Positions 1 to 14,227 are shown, numbered from the whole stretch's first letter. The stretch is 62,899 bases of DNA, filler included, from Welwitschia mirabilis (GCA_051453625.1; 6 parts of one record of this genome joined end to end with filler, not necessarily neighbours in it); one strand, 5' to 3'. Program-made: numbers and translations. The notes: generated from the sequence alone by a model not told the origin.

Positions 1-1026
1 AAGGAGCCAACTTCAGAGGTAGAATAGTTTCTCTCCCCTGAACATCAAAAGAATTGGCTTGGATGTTTCTCTAAAGGGCCTTTAACACCAAAGAGGAGCA
101 TAGATTTCCAGTCTTTCAAACATAAACTCAGATTGGAGCCAAAATTTGCAGAGTAAGGCTGGATGTATACTCTAAGTCCAGACACGGGTGCCTCAGTAAA
201 AATGGTACGTTTGTTTTATTGTAATGGTTTATTTTATAAGAGCAATTGGAGGTTGGTATCTAAAGTGTATGGGAGAACAATGGAAGTAGACTTAGAAACC
301 ATTTTCTTAATTACTAGTTTTCCCAATGATCGTTTCTTATGTGAAATAAATTTAGTAGCCTCTCTTCAAGAGGTAGTTTCAAAAGAAGTTCCCACAGAAG
401 AGTTGTGTGGAAAATGGGTTAATTGGCATGCTAACATTCCAACCAATCAATTGAAGCTATTTTACAGAGTTGTTTTCCAGATTTCCACAAACAACTTGGT
501 CCCAAAACTCAAGCACAATGATGAGATATCACCACTTTGTGCTTACATCATGTTCTGCTTGGGCACAGGTGTTAAAATAAACCTGTGCAAATTTATTATG
601 TACTATATTAATCAATTTTATTGTGGCTAGTCATCCCAGTCTACCTTTCAGAGGTTTCATTATAGCGATATTAGAAAACCATTAGTTTGTTATTCAAAAG
701 GATGAAGAATTGGTAAAGGTGCCAAAGCCAGTTGGTTCATTTTCTCTTAAGAAAATGAACATGTTCTTAGAAGCTATTGGTCCATCTCCTCCTCCGAAGA
801 AGCAGCAGCGTACCAAAGAAGGGTCTACCTCTGAGCCCATATCAAATGAGTTTATCTACCAAGCTATTCAGTGTTTACAGGCCTTTGTAGATAAACTAAA
901 CAGAAAGGTAGATCGTATCGGTTTGGGCTATCAGCTTTTGGACTGGACATTCTAACTGAATCAGAAGAAGAAGAAGCTCCTGGAGATCATGCCTCCTCGT
1001 CTCACCATGATGAATCTTTTGATTAG
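1..1026 (+). pseudogene. Degenerate SIRE 3' extra ORF (env-like / putative plant transposon protein type)
   Basis: ORF pieces 163-630 and 710-955 align by eye with 14757-15823 (MVRLFYCN, NQLKLFYRVVFQIST, INLCKFIMYYI, HHDES); stops and frameshifts present. Confidence 0.85.
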
Positions 1027-1526
1027 CTTTATTTTGTCTTAATCTTTTCACTATTCTTCTCATTCTTTCTGTTTTCTCTCCTGTCTTATATCTCTGTTAT
1101 TTTGTGTTTTCAATGATGACAAAGGGGGAGAATATTATGTGTATCCAAATCTATCACTGCAAATCTCTGATGTAATCTCTTATGTAAATTTCAAAATCGG
1201 TTAATATAATAAGTTTTCTTGCAAATATTGTGTAAAGTGTTTTGAAATTTTTCTAGTTATCCTTTATACTATAATTGGCAATTTCTCATTTACATGTTTG
1301 TACAACCGTCAGATATCTCTGGACATGATATGGCTATCATTATTTTTACTCTATATGTATGTGTGTATATATATACATGTATATGTATATGTATATGTAC
1401 ACATATAATGTTGTGGATCAAGTGTGTTGGGGAGGTAAAATCAATCAAACCAATCACACCAGTTGTTGAACTGAGGGGGAGCATTCTTCCTACTTCTTGC
1501 AATTGCATCATTGAAAAAGGGGAGAT

Positions 1527-2515
1527 TGTTGAGTAAGGATCCATTTCAATAATGAGTAATAGAACCCAACCTAGAACTCCATCTCAACTCAAGAATGTTG
1601 ACAGACGAATCAAAATATTTCAGGCCAAGCTTTAACTGTAAAGGATCGTTCGTCCTTTATCTGGGACGTCTGAACCTATATGTAGCCAAATGTACTGGGA
1701 CGGCCGGCCCTCTAACCTGAGACGTCTGGACATGTACGTGGTTTTTCGTATTGGGACGTCCGGCCACTTAACCTGCGTCCTGGCCTGTAAACTTGTTTTC
1801 TGTATGGGGACGTCCGAGCACTTTATCTAGGACATCCGACACCTGTCTCAATTTTCTGTCAAAGAAGATCATTAAAAGTGGGACGTCTAGTTTTTTATCT
1901 TGGGATGTCCGATCAACTATCCCTTGTCGCACGGAAATCATTTCATATGAACGTTGTGCAATCTACTCAAAGCGCAAACAGCTAGGAGATAAAAGGGAAT
2001 GGCAATCTAATCAAGACAAGGCGTCCTTAGGGTTTTTCTTATATATGTTGAAGTTAAAGATAGTTGTATGGTTACCGAAATGTGAAAATCATTTTCTTTG
2101 TATATCTGAATCAGAATTCCTATGTAAATCAGATCTGATCTGAACTCTTGCATTCTATTTTCTCCAATTGTCATTAATGTTGATGAATCATAGCTCTAAG
2201 GCTTACACATCATCAAACTTCTTTTGATCATTCTTTAGATTGCTCAAGGAAAAGCAAGTTGTATAACTGTAGCCCTAGCAAAAGGGTGGATGTACTTTGT
2301 TGGTTAAAGGAACCAGGAGGCTAAAGGCTTGTGCTGCCTCTTGTGAGTAGAGTAGGCTTGAAGAGCCGAACCACTATAAATCGGGCAGTCTCGTTTTTGT
2401 GCTTTGTTTAAATTCCTGTTACTGTATTTGTTTGATCTAATTAGTATTTCATTTTTCTTAGTTAAAGTTAAAAACCCTATTCACCCCCCTTCTAGGGTGC
2501 TTTACGATCCTAACA
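1527..2515 (+). repeat. 3' LTR of SIRE element A
   Basis: TG...CA termini, PPT immediately upstream, cluster of GGACGTCC palindromic motifs at 1660-1910, C-rich U5 signal. Confidence 0.9.
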
Positions 2516-2746
2516 AGGGCCTCATACTCAGTGGTGTTATTACAGACAAAAAACCCTAGCCTAAAGGCTCTTAGCAAAGGTTGTCTAGCTACTAGTTGCA
2601 ATATCACTCTTACCTCTAAGCCCTTGGTATTGTTAGCTCCATCAAAGAAGAGGTATCAGGTTTCATTGGGAGAGATATTTGAAAGGTCATTATGCATCAG
2701 GGCTTCTACAGACTCTTTGATATCATAAAAGTAAGTTCCTAACTCT
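2516..2746 (-). pseudogene. Additional (archaeal-type) RNase H fragment of a Tat gypsy element
   Basis: Minus strand translates ELGTYFYD...ET*YLFFDGANNTKGLEVRVIL...AFRLGFFVCNNTTEYEAL, matching the aRH motifs W-x-L-Y-F-D-G and NNxAEYEAL. Confidence 0.8.
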
Positions 2747-4725
2747 TGAACGGATCGAAATAAATCCTAGATGGGGAGTGAATGGGATTTATTAATCTTG
2801 CACTAATGGTAGCAACCAAAAAAAAAGCACACATAAAAAATCTAAAGGTTAAAGCACTAAGTAATAAAAACAAGTGCACCAAGGAAAGCAATTTACCGTG
2901 GTTTGGGAAACATCCCTACTCCACTTTTGGAGGTTAGCCAAAGCTCCTGCTGATCTCTATTAATCTTCCTTCTTCTAGATTTCTTAGGATAACTTGTTAC
3001 CTTTACAATCAAACTTTTCAAGGGTAAGTCTCAACCTTTTCAGTTGAAACAATTTCGAAGTGATGAGAGTGTGCCTTGCTACACTTAATCACTCACTCTT
3101 TGTACAACAAGAAAGAGCAAGAATTTCTCAACAATAAACAGTGATGGGTACAGCAGGTATCAATAATGGGTATAGTCAAACTGGTACAAGAAAATGTTAA
3201 TAGTACAATATGTCTCTTTTTTTAAAGGCCTAAGCCCATCTCCCTTTTATATCATGTAAGTAAGGTGAAATGATTTTCAATGTAAAGGCCTCTAAGGGCT
3301 AGATAATGACTAACTACCCAAAGATCAATGTTCAAAAAAAGTTACATTTTCTTGTTCACCCGTCGCCCAGTTAACCCTTTGGAAGGTTCTAGATGACCTG
3401 AGATGAATTAGATTGGCAATTTGGTCGACCTCGTGTTTCATCTAGTCAACCTAAGTTTAATTAGCTTCTCAAACTAGTCAATCCCACTAAAAATCCACTT
3501 GACCCGTCTTGTCCAGACCCGATCAACCCCATCGGAGATCCGATCGACTCCTCTTGCCTCGATCCAATCGACCCCTCATGTTGCANNNNNNNNNNNNNNN
3601 NNNNNNNNNNNNNNNNNNNNNNNNNNNNNNNNNNNNNNNNNNNNNNNNNNNNNNNNNNNNNNNNNNNNNNNNNNNNNNNNNNNNNNNNNNNNNNNNNNNN
3701 NNNNNNNNNNNNNNNNNNNNNNNNNNNNNNNNNNNNNNNNNNNNNNNNNNNNNNNNNNNNNNNNNNNNNNNNNNNNNNNNNNNNNNNNNNNNNNNNNNNN
3801 NNNNNNNNNNNNNNNNNNNNNNNNNNNNNNNNNNNNNNNNNNNNNNNNNNNNNNNNNNNNNNNNNNNNNNNNNNNNNNNNNNNNNNNNNNNNNNNNNNNN
3901 NNNNNNNNNNNNNNNNNNNNNNNNNNNNNNNNNNNNNNNNNNNNNNNNNNNNNNNNNNNNNNNNNNNNNNNNNNNNNNNNNNNNNNNNNNNNNNNNNNNN
4001 NNNNNNNNNNNNNNNNNNNNNNNNNNNNNNNNNNNNNNNNNNNNNNNNNNNNNNNNNNNNNNNNNNNNNNNNNNNNNNNNNNNNNNNNNNNNNNNNNNNN
4101 NNNNNNNNNNNNNNNNNNNNNNNNNNNNNNNNNNNNNNNNNNNNNNNNNNNNNNNNNNNNNNNNNNNNNNNNNNNNNNNNNNNNNNNNNNNNNNNNNNNN
4201 NNNNNNNNNNNNNNNNNNNNNNNNNNNNNNNNNNNNNNNNNNNNNNNNNNNNNNNNNNNNNNNNNNNNNNNNNNNNNNNNNNNNNNNNNNNNNNNNNNNN
4301 NNNNNNNNNNNNNNNNNNNNNNNNNNNNNNNNNNNNNNNNNNNNNNNNNNNNNNNNNNNNNNNNNNNNNNNNNNNNNNNNNNNNNNNNNNNNNNNNNNNN
4401 NNNNNNNNNNNNNNNNNNNNNNNNNNNNNNNNNNNNNNNNNNNNNNNNNNNNNNNNNNNNNNNNNNNNNNNNNNNNNNNNNNNNNNNNNNNNNNNNNNNN
4501 NNNNNNNNNNNNNNNNNNNNNNNNNNNNNNNNNNNNNNNNNNNNNNNNNNNNNNNNNNNNNNNNGTTTCTGTTCAGACTAGAAGTTCTCAGACCATCAAG
4601 GACACAAATCTATTAGAGCTTTGGCTGCCTTTTAAAATTTCATTATCCTACATCTTGTACTTATATACAAAGGCTAGAAATGATATGTTAGTTTGACATC
4701 AACTAGTAATCAATTAATTCCAACA
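2747..4725 (-). repeat. 3' LTR of element B (contains N gap 3586-4563)
   Basis: Matches 19974-20979 at both ends; adjacent PPT reads ATTTCCCCCTTTG on + strand. Confidence 0.88.
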
Positions 4726-5279
4726 ATTTCCCCCTTTGACATTGATGCAAACACACTACACAAAAAGAACAATATCCATAAAGCAGGGTACACTTACCAT
4801 TATCCTCCCCCAAATACCCCTTGACTTTATGTTATATCTATTTAAAAAAAATAGTAATCATAACAAAGTTTCCAAAGTAGGTATGAAAATGAAAGCAATA
4901 ATTTTCAATTTATAATTCCTAAAAGAACAACTATCGATGCTATGTTCATGTCAACAAGATTTAATTACAAAGTGAAATATCAAAGTATTCAAAATAAACA
5001 ACCACCAGAGTATTTATGACCTTTAGTTCATCATAATAGCATTAATGACTATACGGTAACAAGATTCTCAAATGAAAATAGGGTGAATATTATAATGATG
5101 GTTTCATGTAGCACCCCATATTAAAAAGAGTAGCAAATTATAGCAGCAATCAAAAGTAGTATTATACCAACTGATTACATTGACAACAACTTGACAATTT
5201 AAACTGAGTAAGGTAATATTTGAGACTCCCCCTTTTAATGTTAATGACAAAGGAGGGGAAAAGACTAATAGAGAAACAT

Positions 5280-6242
5280 CTAGTCCAATTTTTCCTCAGA
5301 CTCCTTCTCTGATTCAGACTCGTCTTCTTCTTCCTCCTTCTCACAAGAAAGACCAACTTCTTTTGATATATCAGCTAGCTAAAAACCTGAAGCAATCAAG
5401 GCTTCCTTCATATGACGAGTCCTAGTGTCCAATCGTTTCAAAAGGGAGAGAGACTCATTCAGAGACAATTTCTTTGAAGGAGGACGACGAGTAAATTTTG
5501 AAGAGGACTTAGTAAAGATATGCATCTAAGAGAGAGTGGTCTAACGTGTAGAAGACATCGAGGTCATGGTTTCTAGCTTGCGACGAAACTGAACCCTAAA
5601 GTGTTTACAGATATTGGCAATGAGAATGGAGTATGGAAGACCCCTTATCTTATGATATTCAAGTTGAGACACCATGTTTTTAAGGATAATAGTTGGGACA
5701 TCAGTAGAATGTTGTTGTCCCACCAAGTACAAAAGATAAGCTCTATAATTGAAAATTTCATTGTTGTGCGCAGCAAGAGATAAGAAATTATCTGTGAAGA
5801 CCAAATGCAAAAATCGTTACTTTGGAAGGAGTGAGGAAGCGGAGAAAGTGGTTTTCCACCTGATTGGCTTACTGCACAAAACCCTAGTGACCTTTACTTT
5901 GTTTACCATGGAATCATCCAGACGCTAGAACTTCTCATAATCTCTTCTAAGAAGTTTCGTGATTATGATAATCAGATCTCTGGTAATACTCATTCTTTTC
6001 CCCGAAACAAGAGTAGGTAAAGTGGAAGAATCGGCATCAAATGAAGCATTTACATAAAAGAGTCTAATGAGAAAAGGATATGCGGATCTAGAAACTTCAA
6101 GAAAAACAAAAAGATCTGAGCCTTCAAGAACTCTTATTACATCACTTAGCTCATGAAGTTCATGATAAGTGACCGCTCTTTCTTGGCACATACGTTTCTT
6201 TTCAAACTTTGCTGCAAACCTGTCAATCTCCTCTTCTAACAT
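5280..6242 (-). pseudogene. Extra 3' ORF of element B
   Basis: MLEEEIDRFAAKF...YPFLIRLFYVNA...LPYSILIANICKHF... with acidic C-terminus; lies between RNase H and the PPTs. Confidence 0.8.
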
Positions 6243-6589
6243 TCCTTGGCAAGATTTGGAAAGAAAAACTAAGAGCAAAAGACAAGAATGAAAGAGAAAT
6301 TCAAAGAAATTTTGGGTCCACTGACTCACACTTGTGGCCATCCGATTGACCAAGTTTACATCTAGTCGTCCTGTCAAAGGATGGGTCAATTGAATCCCCA
6401 GCTCCAAGCGACAAATAATCTAGTCCAATCGACCTGATAAAATTTGGGTTGGACCTAGCACATGTCCAGTCGACCAGTCTCACAGGCTAGATGATCCAAC
6501 TTCTCCAGGACCAATCGACCAAATTGGGTGTCTGATTGACTACCCTACTTTCAGTCAGAGGACGGTAACATTATCCCCAATTCTCTTCT

Positions 6590-8602
6590 AAAAGTGAAAA
6601 ACTTGTCAAGGCTCATGCGTTTTGTGAAAATGTTAGCTAGTTGTTAGTATTCATAAAGTTCATGGTGACATTTCCTTTTTCAACCTGGTCTCTAAGAAAA
6701 TGGTGTCTAATTTTCAATGTGTTTGGTACGAGAATGTTGAACAGGATTCTTTAATATATTTATTGCACTAGTACTATCACAAAAAATAGGTTCCGATCAT
6801 AGTTATTTCCAATATCTCTGAACATTTTCTTCATCTATAAAACGTAAGTACAACAGCTTCTTACTACAATGTATTCTGCTACGGTTGTGGGTTGGTAGGG
6901 GAGGGAGGAGGGAGATGGGGAAGACAGAGTTTTGTTTCTTACTTGCCCAACCCACTACGCATGCTCCAAGGAAGAAGCAGTTTCTGCTCATGCTCTTCCT
7001 GTCATTCTTGCATCCAGCCTGGTCTGCATTGCTAAAGCATGCAATATCAAATTAGGTTGCACTTGGGTACCATAGATGGTGTTCACATGTCCCTTTTGTG
7101 TACTTAATGATCCTTTGTATGGCTTGAAGGTGGGACTCTTTTGGACTTACTTGGTATCTTGCACAAACTGCCACACTAAACATTATGTTTGGTCTACTGG
7201 TGGTTAAGTAGAAAAGGCTTCCTATCATGCTTCTACAAAGTTTTTGATCCACTGATTTTCTTTGATTATTACTGCCAATTTCAAGTTGTAGACATGGGAG
7301 TGGAGGCAGTTTTAGCATTCACAAGTCTAAATCATTTCACTAAGTCTTTAACGTATTTCAGTTGAGAGATAAACATTCCTTGATTGTATTGCTTAATTTG
7401 TTGACCTAAGAACATACTTGCTTCTCCTAACATAATCATCTTAAAATGGTTCTTCATATGATTAGCAAACTCTCTAGTTAGCTCTTCTTTTAAAGCCCCA
7501 AAAATTATATTATCAACATGTATTTGGATAATTATGAAATATTTCTCAAACTGTGAAAGAGTGTTTTGTCTATAGTTCCCCTTTTGTAACCACTATCCTC
7601 AAGGAAATTTGTTAACTTTTCATATCAAGCACATGAGGCTTATTTCAAACCATATAAGGCCTTCTTAAGCCTATAGACATAGTTTGGTTTGTGTGGATCA
7701 ATAAAGCCTCTAGGTTGCTATACATAGACTTCTTCGTTAAGAATGCCATTTGAGAAAGTATTTTTTACATCCATTTAAAATACTTCTAAATTCTTAAAAG
7801 CAGCAATGTAAGAACATTCTTATACTACCCAATTTGGCAATGGAAGCAAATGTATCTCCCACACCGATGCCTTCTATCTAGTTGTACACTTGTGCCACCA
7901 ATTTTGCCTTATTCTTGATCACGTTGTTATGTTCATCCCACCTATTCTTGAAGATCCACTTTGTTCCAATCACGTTTCTCTCCTTTGGTCTCTCAACTAG
8001 ATCCCACACATCATTTCTTTTGAACTATAGTAATTCCACTTGCATTCCTACCATCCATTCGTCATGAGTTTCAGCTTCTTCATAGCTCTTAGGTTTGACC
8101 TGTGAAACATAACACACATGAGCACAAAAGTTCTTTAAGAAGTGTCTAGTGTGCTCACCTGAGTTTACATCTCTAATGACTTATTCAAGCAAATGATCCT
8201 TTGGTTCTTCAAGTTGTCCTGCATTGGTCTCTTATTTTGTTTCATCATCCTTCTTTCTTGAATACACCTTATCATAAGTAAAATTCTATAAGGGGTTTTC
8301 TTCTTCTGCACCTGCAGATAATGGCTTAAGATTAGTATCATCAATTTGAACATTAATGGATTCTTCTATAGATAAGGTTCATTGGTTCAAAATTCTATAG
8401 GCTCTACTCCTTGTAGAGTAACGAATGAAGATNNNNNNNNNNNNNNNNNNNTGAAATTTGTCCAAGTTTTCTCTATCCTTCAACATGAAACACTTACTCC
8501 CAAAAGCTTTAAAATAAGAAACATTTGGTTTCCTACCTTTCCAAAGCTCATAAGGTGTTTTATCCATACCTAGTCGAAGATACACTTTATTGATCATATA
8601 GT
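6590..8602 (-). pseudogene. Element B pol, 3' half (integrase C-terminus, RT, RNase H)
   Basis: TPYELWKGRKPNVSYFKAFGSKC; MIGSLFYLTTSRPNIMFSVAVCARYQ; WASKKQNSV; many stops. Confidence 0.9.
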
Positions 8603-9613
8603 TGTTCGTAACATATATTTCAATGATGATCAATGGATCAAAACCAGCTAGCCAAAGTGCAAACCACATACCTCAGAAGATGATCAAAGTTACAAAAAGA
8701 GTGAAGTCAAAGATCTGATCAAATTAAGATGTACTGGGATGTTCGAGCTTAACAACTAGGACGTCTGATCCTGTATACTGTCAAATGTACTAGGACGTTA
8801 GGGACATCGAACCAAATATACTAGGATATCCGTCCTGTAGACCAAGACGTCTAACCCTGTTCTCAGCAAAATGTACTGAGACATCCGAGCATCAAAACCG
8901 AGACATTTGACCCTTGTCTCAGTTTTCTGTAAAAGCAAACTTAAAAACCGTGACGTCAGGATTTTCTCTACGGGATGTCCAAGTAGTTAATTGTTGCTGT
9001 GGAAATGTGTAGTCAAGTGACCATTGGGCACTAATATAGAGCTGAGAACGGCTAGAAGAAGATCCCTAATTGCACACTATTCAAAAAACGACCTTGTCTA
9101 GGGTTGTCCCTAGGTCCTTTAATGTAAAATGTATAAATATATTGTTTGAATTGAATTGTAAAGTGAGCTGAACTATGAAATTTTACTATAATCATTTGAA
9201 GAGAAAGTTCTCTTTCTCCATGCTGTCCAAGTGGGTTAATCTAAGCAAATCTAAATCCTTCTTGTTGTACTCCATGCTGATGATCTGTAACCCAAGGCTC
9301 AATAGACATTAGAACTCTCCTCTCTTGTGTTGCTCTAAAGGAGCAAGAACTATGATTTCTGAACCCTAGTTTAGATGGGGGTTGTATTGAAAGAAATAGC
9401 TTTGATTTAAGGAACCAGGAGGCTCAAGGCTTTATGATACCCCCTATGAGTGGAGTAGACTAGAAGAGCAGGACCACTATAGAATTTGATACACCTTTTC
9501 TTATGATTTATTTTTAAGTTTTATGTGCAATTAATGATTTTCAGTTTCCATATTTGATTTAAAAACCCTATTCAACCCCTCCCCCCTTCTCTAGGATGTT
9601 TTTTACCCTAACA
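8603..9613 (+). repeat. 5' LTR of element C
   Basis: TGTT...AACA, colinear with 16278-17314. Confidence 0.92.
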
Positions 9614-9615
9614 TT

Positions 9616-9627
9616 TGGTATCAGAGT
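9616..9627 (+). promoter_or_regulatory. Primer binding site (tRNA-iMet)
   Basis: TGGTATCAGAGT two bases after the LTR end. Confidence 0.9.
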
Positions 9628-9674
9628 ATGGTTGCTCTAGGCTTTTTTCACTCTATCATTTCATGGTACCTCAA

Positions 9675-12600
9675 ATGGCATCATCAAGCTTCTCGGAAGG
9701 ACAATCTATCTCCAGTATGCATACTGGAAGACAAAAATGGCCATCTTTCTGCAGTCTCTAAACTACAAGATTTGGGAAATGGTCGAATTCGGATATGTTG
9801 CATGAACCAAGGTAGACAGTGGTAAAACCGTTCCAAAACCCGAAACGAGTGGGATCAGGATAACAAAAAGGTTGTACAAATGAATGCCAAGACTATGAAT
9901 GCCTTAATATGTGCTTTGTCTAGAGAAGAGTACAACTGAGTGATTCAATGCACAATAGCGCAGGAGATCTAGGAGACCTTAAGGATCACTTACGAAGGAA
10001 CCAACGTGGTGAAGAATGCAAAGCTACAAATGCTTGAACTTAACTTGAGGATATTAGAATGGAAGACTCGAAAACACTGGTAGATTACACCTCCAAGATA
10101 AACAATATAGTGAATAGCATGTGGAGGTTAGGAGAAGTTGTGCCTCAGAACCGAGTTGTCAGGAAAATAATCAAAAGCCTTAGAAAGAAGTTTAGACCTA
10201 AGATCACTGCCATTGAGGAAAGCAAGGATATTGATAGAATCAAGGTTCAAGAACTCAAAGGATCTCTTATGGCATATGAAGCTTCCTTGTTAACAGAAGA
10301 AGCTCAATCAAAAAGAAGAAATATTGCTTTAATGACCTACTCTGATAATGAAGAAGACAACTAATCCAGTGAAGATTTGGAGGATGATAACCTTGCTCTT
10401 CTAGCAAAGAACTTTAAGAGATTTCTCAGGAAAAAATAAGGAAAATCTTCAAGGCAATCATTCAAACAAGGTATAGATAAAGGTAAGAACCCGTCTAGCT
10501 CTATTCAATGTTATGAATGTAAAGCACATGGTCATATCCACTTCTGAGTCTGCCAACAAAAGGAAGGATAAGCCAAGCAAGATCAAACATAAGAAAGCCT
10601 TGAAAGCTACTTGAGATGATGATGAGGCAGGATCTCAATCAAGTGATGACAAAGTGTGCATCAATTTTGGGCTAATCTCAATAATTGAAGAAATAAGTGA
10701 ATCAATTGATTCTGATACTTCAATTGATATAAATGAGTTGAATGATTATGAAGCGATGACGAANNNNNNNNNNNNNNNNNNNNNNNNNNNNNNNNNNNNN
10801 NNNNNNNNNNNNNNNNNNNNNNNNNNNNNNNNNNNNNNNNNNNNNNNNNNNNNNNNNNNNNNNNNNNNNNNNNNNNNNNNNNNNNNNNNNNNNNNNNNNN
10901 NNNNNNNNNNNNNNNNNNNNNNNNNNNNNNNNNNNNNNNNNNNNNNNNNNNNNNNNNNNNNNNNNNNNNNNNNNNNNNNAAGGAAACCAAATGATAAATC
11001 TGGAATTGGAACTACTTCTGGTATGTCACCTCCTCACAATTTTTTTAGCACGTGTTAAGTATTGTTCCTTTGGAAGCAGTAGTTTAAAATGCTATTTTTG
11101 TCAAGAATACAATCATATTCATGTCCTTGCAAAAACTCTCAGTGTTTTGGATATAACTATAACTTTAGCTTTCAAAAGAAAAATCAATTTGTGGCTACAA
11201 AACCCAAAGCTCGAAAAGGTAACTGGCAATGGGTAAGAAAGGAAGCTACAAAGTCTCTTTTTGCCCACATTGCCTTTAAAGCTCATGAGATAACAGAATG
11301 GTATTTGGATAGCGAATGTTCACGACATATGACAGGGGAAAAAAAATTATTAACCACCTTTTAAGATTATGATGGAAGAGAAGTGACCTTTGGTGACAAT
11401 AGTAAAAGACACATTATTGGTAATGGATCTATTGTTGCAAATGATCATCATTTTGAGATTCATGATGTCTACTTGGTAAATGGTCTTAAACACAATCTTT
11501 TAAGTGTCTCACGGATTTGCAATAGAGGTAACATAGCTTATTTTTATAAAGACAAATGTGTGATTAAAATGTTTCTACTAACAGTTTTGTGTTAACTAGC
11601 AACAGATCAAAGCGTATGTATGTAATTGGTAGCCAGGACAAGAATGGAGAAGGTTGTTTTATTGTGTAGGAAGATGAAGTAAACATTTGGCATTGAAGAC
11701 TTGGTCACATGAATCTAAAGGAGCTCAAGACAATATCATCAAGTGAAATAGTGGCTGAAATTCTAAAACTAAATGTGTAGCAAGCAAAGGTGTGTGAGTC
11801 TTGCATGAAAGATAAGCTTAGAAAGCCCAACTTCAAATCTAAGACAGGTATATCTTCCAACCAACCTCTTGATCTCATACATATGGACTTGGTTAGGCCA
11901 ACCCAATCAAGAAGTTTGGGAGGCAAAAAATATTTCTTAGTTATGGTTGATGATTTTTCTCATTTCTGTTGGGTCTCATTCTTGTCTAGCAAGGATGAGA
12001 CATTTGATTTATTTGTTAAGGTATGTAGGAGAATCCAAAATGAAAAGGGGTACACCATAAAATGAATTCAATCATATCAAGAACATGAATTTGAAAATGA
12101 GAAATTTGAGGAATTTTGTGACTCTAATGGAATTCAACATCAATTCTCTGCTCCAAGAACTCCACAACAAAATGGAGTTGATGAATGCAAGAACAGAGTT
12201 CTAATTGAGATGGCAAGAACTATGTTTAATGACTATGCACTTCCTCAACATTTCTAGGCTGAAGCAGTGAATATTGGTTCCTATGTAAGTAATAGAGTGT
12301 TTTCAAGATCAAGTATGGAAAAATCGGCATACAAACTATGGTTTGGTAAGAAACCCAATGTAATTTTTTTTATTGTAATTTTTTTTATTTTGAAGAGAAA
12401 TTTCCCCTTATTGCCCTTGTGGGTTAAAACTCTCCGATGGCAGTCTTGAATATTTATTAACGTGTCCCAACTACCACAATATAGACACGCCGCTCCATCC
12501 AGTGTCTGTCATGGGTCTTACAAACCACCCACCAAGCCGAGTGTAGAGCGTCTTTCACACCCAACACACTGGTGTGGAGTAGTATCCTTAACAATAGAAG

Positions 12601-14181
12601 AAGAGACTAGAAATACTACACCTCAAGCATGAGGTGANNNNNNNNNNAAATTATTTTAAGGTCTTCAAGAGTAAATGTTATATTCTCAAAGATAAAGGTC
12701 ATTGAGGAAAATTTGAGTCTAAATCAGATAATGGTATTTTTCTTGGCTATTCTACAATAGGTAAAGCTTATAGAGTATTCAATTAAACTTCCCATAAAAT
12801 TGAAGAAACAGTTCATGTTCAAATTGATAAATCTAACTTAAACAATGTAAGAATAGATAGAGATGATGACAGTATATGCATTTCATCCTCATCACAAGCT
12901 AGTGTTGAAATCACTACTACTACACCAAATGAAGCCATTGAAGACAAACATCACCAGAAGTGCCCTTCCCTTCCTTTGAGAACCAAAAGGGACCATCCCA
13001 AAAACAACATTATAAGTAATTCTTCAGTGGGGAGGACTACAAGAAGTGGTAAGCATATCAACCATAGTTTTCTTTGTTTTTTGTCTGACATTGAGCCAAA
13101 AACTTTTCAAGAAGCAGAGAATGATAAATCTTGGACACTAGCTATACAAAAGGAGCTCAATCAATTTGAGCGTAACAAGTTTTGGGACTTGGTGCCTCAA
13201 CCCAATCGAAAACATGTCATAAGAACAAATTGGGTTTTCAAGAACAAAAGAGACGAGGACCACAACATCATTCAAAACAAGGCAAGATTGGTAGCCCAAG
13301 GTTATTGCCAGCAAGAGGGAATTGATTATGGTGAGACCTTTGCTCCAGTTATCAAATTAGAGGCAATCCACATGTTACTTGTTTTTGCTTGTTTTCACAA
13401 AATAAAACTGTTTCAAATGGATGTTAAGTGTCTATTTTTGAATGGGTTTATAAATGAGGAGGTTTATGTTGCTCAACCTCCAGGTTTTATTGATTCAAAA
13501 TTTCCCAATCACGTTTATAAGCTAAATAAAGCGTTGTATGGTTTGAAACAAGCACGCAGGGCAAGGTTTGATATATTGAATTTGTTTCCTTTAGTAAATG
13601 GTTTTAAAAAGGGAGATGATGATCCAACTTTCTTTATCAAAAACAATAGGGAAAACATTTTTATTGCTCAGATTTATGTTAACGATATCNNNNNNNNNNN
13701 NNNNNNNNNNNNNNNNNNNNNNNNNNNNNNNNNNNNNNNNNNNNNNNNNNNNNNNNNNNNNNNNNNNNNNNNNNNNNNNNNNNNNNNNNTTGTTTAGTTT
13801 CTTGGCTAAGTAGAAAACAAACCACCACATCTCTATCCACAGCTAAAGCTAATATATTGCTATAAGAGCTTGTTTACTCAGCTCCTTTGGATGAAACAAA
13901 TGATGATTGGTTTCAGTATCAACGTAGACATCATCAAAATTTACTATGATAAGACCTGTGCAATAAACATCACAAAGAATACACTTTAGCATTCACGAAC
14001 CAAACACATTGACACTCAACACCATTTTATCGGTGAACACGACCAAAATAACATCATCACACTTGAGTATATCTCAACTGATAGCCAGATTGTTGATATG
14101 AGGACCAAAAGCTTGATTGAAGATAAATTTATGTTCTTCAGGAAGAATCTTGGAGTAGGGGTCAATCCCCTCTCAGTATAA
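9675..14181 (+). pseudogene. Element C gag-pol (gag, zinc knuckle, protease, integrase, RT, RNase H)
   Basis: RPKITAIEESKD; WYLDSECSRHMTG; LIHMDLVRP..VDDFS; KARLVAQGYCQQEGIDYGETFAPV; QMDVK; HSRTKHID; many stops/frameshifts and N gaps. Confidence 0.93.
12365..12647 (-). mobile_element. ~280-bp insertion with A-rich tail (SINE or LINE 3'-end candidate) in element C integrase
   Basis: Interrupts GKKPNV|NYFKVF; T-rich left end; GC-richer body unrelated to copia; right end hidden by 10 N. Confidence 0.6.
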
Positions 14182-14227
14182 ATTTTCAAGATGTGTTCTT
14201 ACTTTTGTCATTATCATTCTAATGTTG

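Larger units (their letters stand above)
1..2515 (+). mobile_element. SIRE/Sirevirus Ty1-copia element A, 3' part (extra ORF, multiple PPTs, 3' LTR); truncated by window start
   Basis: Extra ORF 1-1026; PPT-like AAAGGGGGAGA at 1121; terminal PPT AAAAAGGGGAGA 1514-1525 followed by TGTTGAG; LTR ends CTAACA after the Sirevirus C-rich U5 signal CCCTATTCACCCCCCTTCTAGG. Confidence 0.9.

Noticed and set aside
1290-1544. Short ORFs with HIHIHI / CICICI
   Set aside because: TA/TG microsatellite within the PPT region of element A
3499-4696. Long ORFs in the track made of X (also 50903-51674, 55860-56472, 26416-26775)
   Set aside because: Read-through of N gaps
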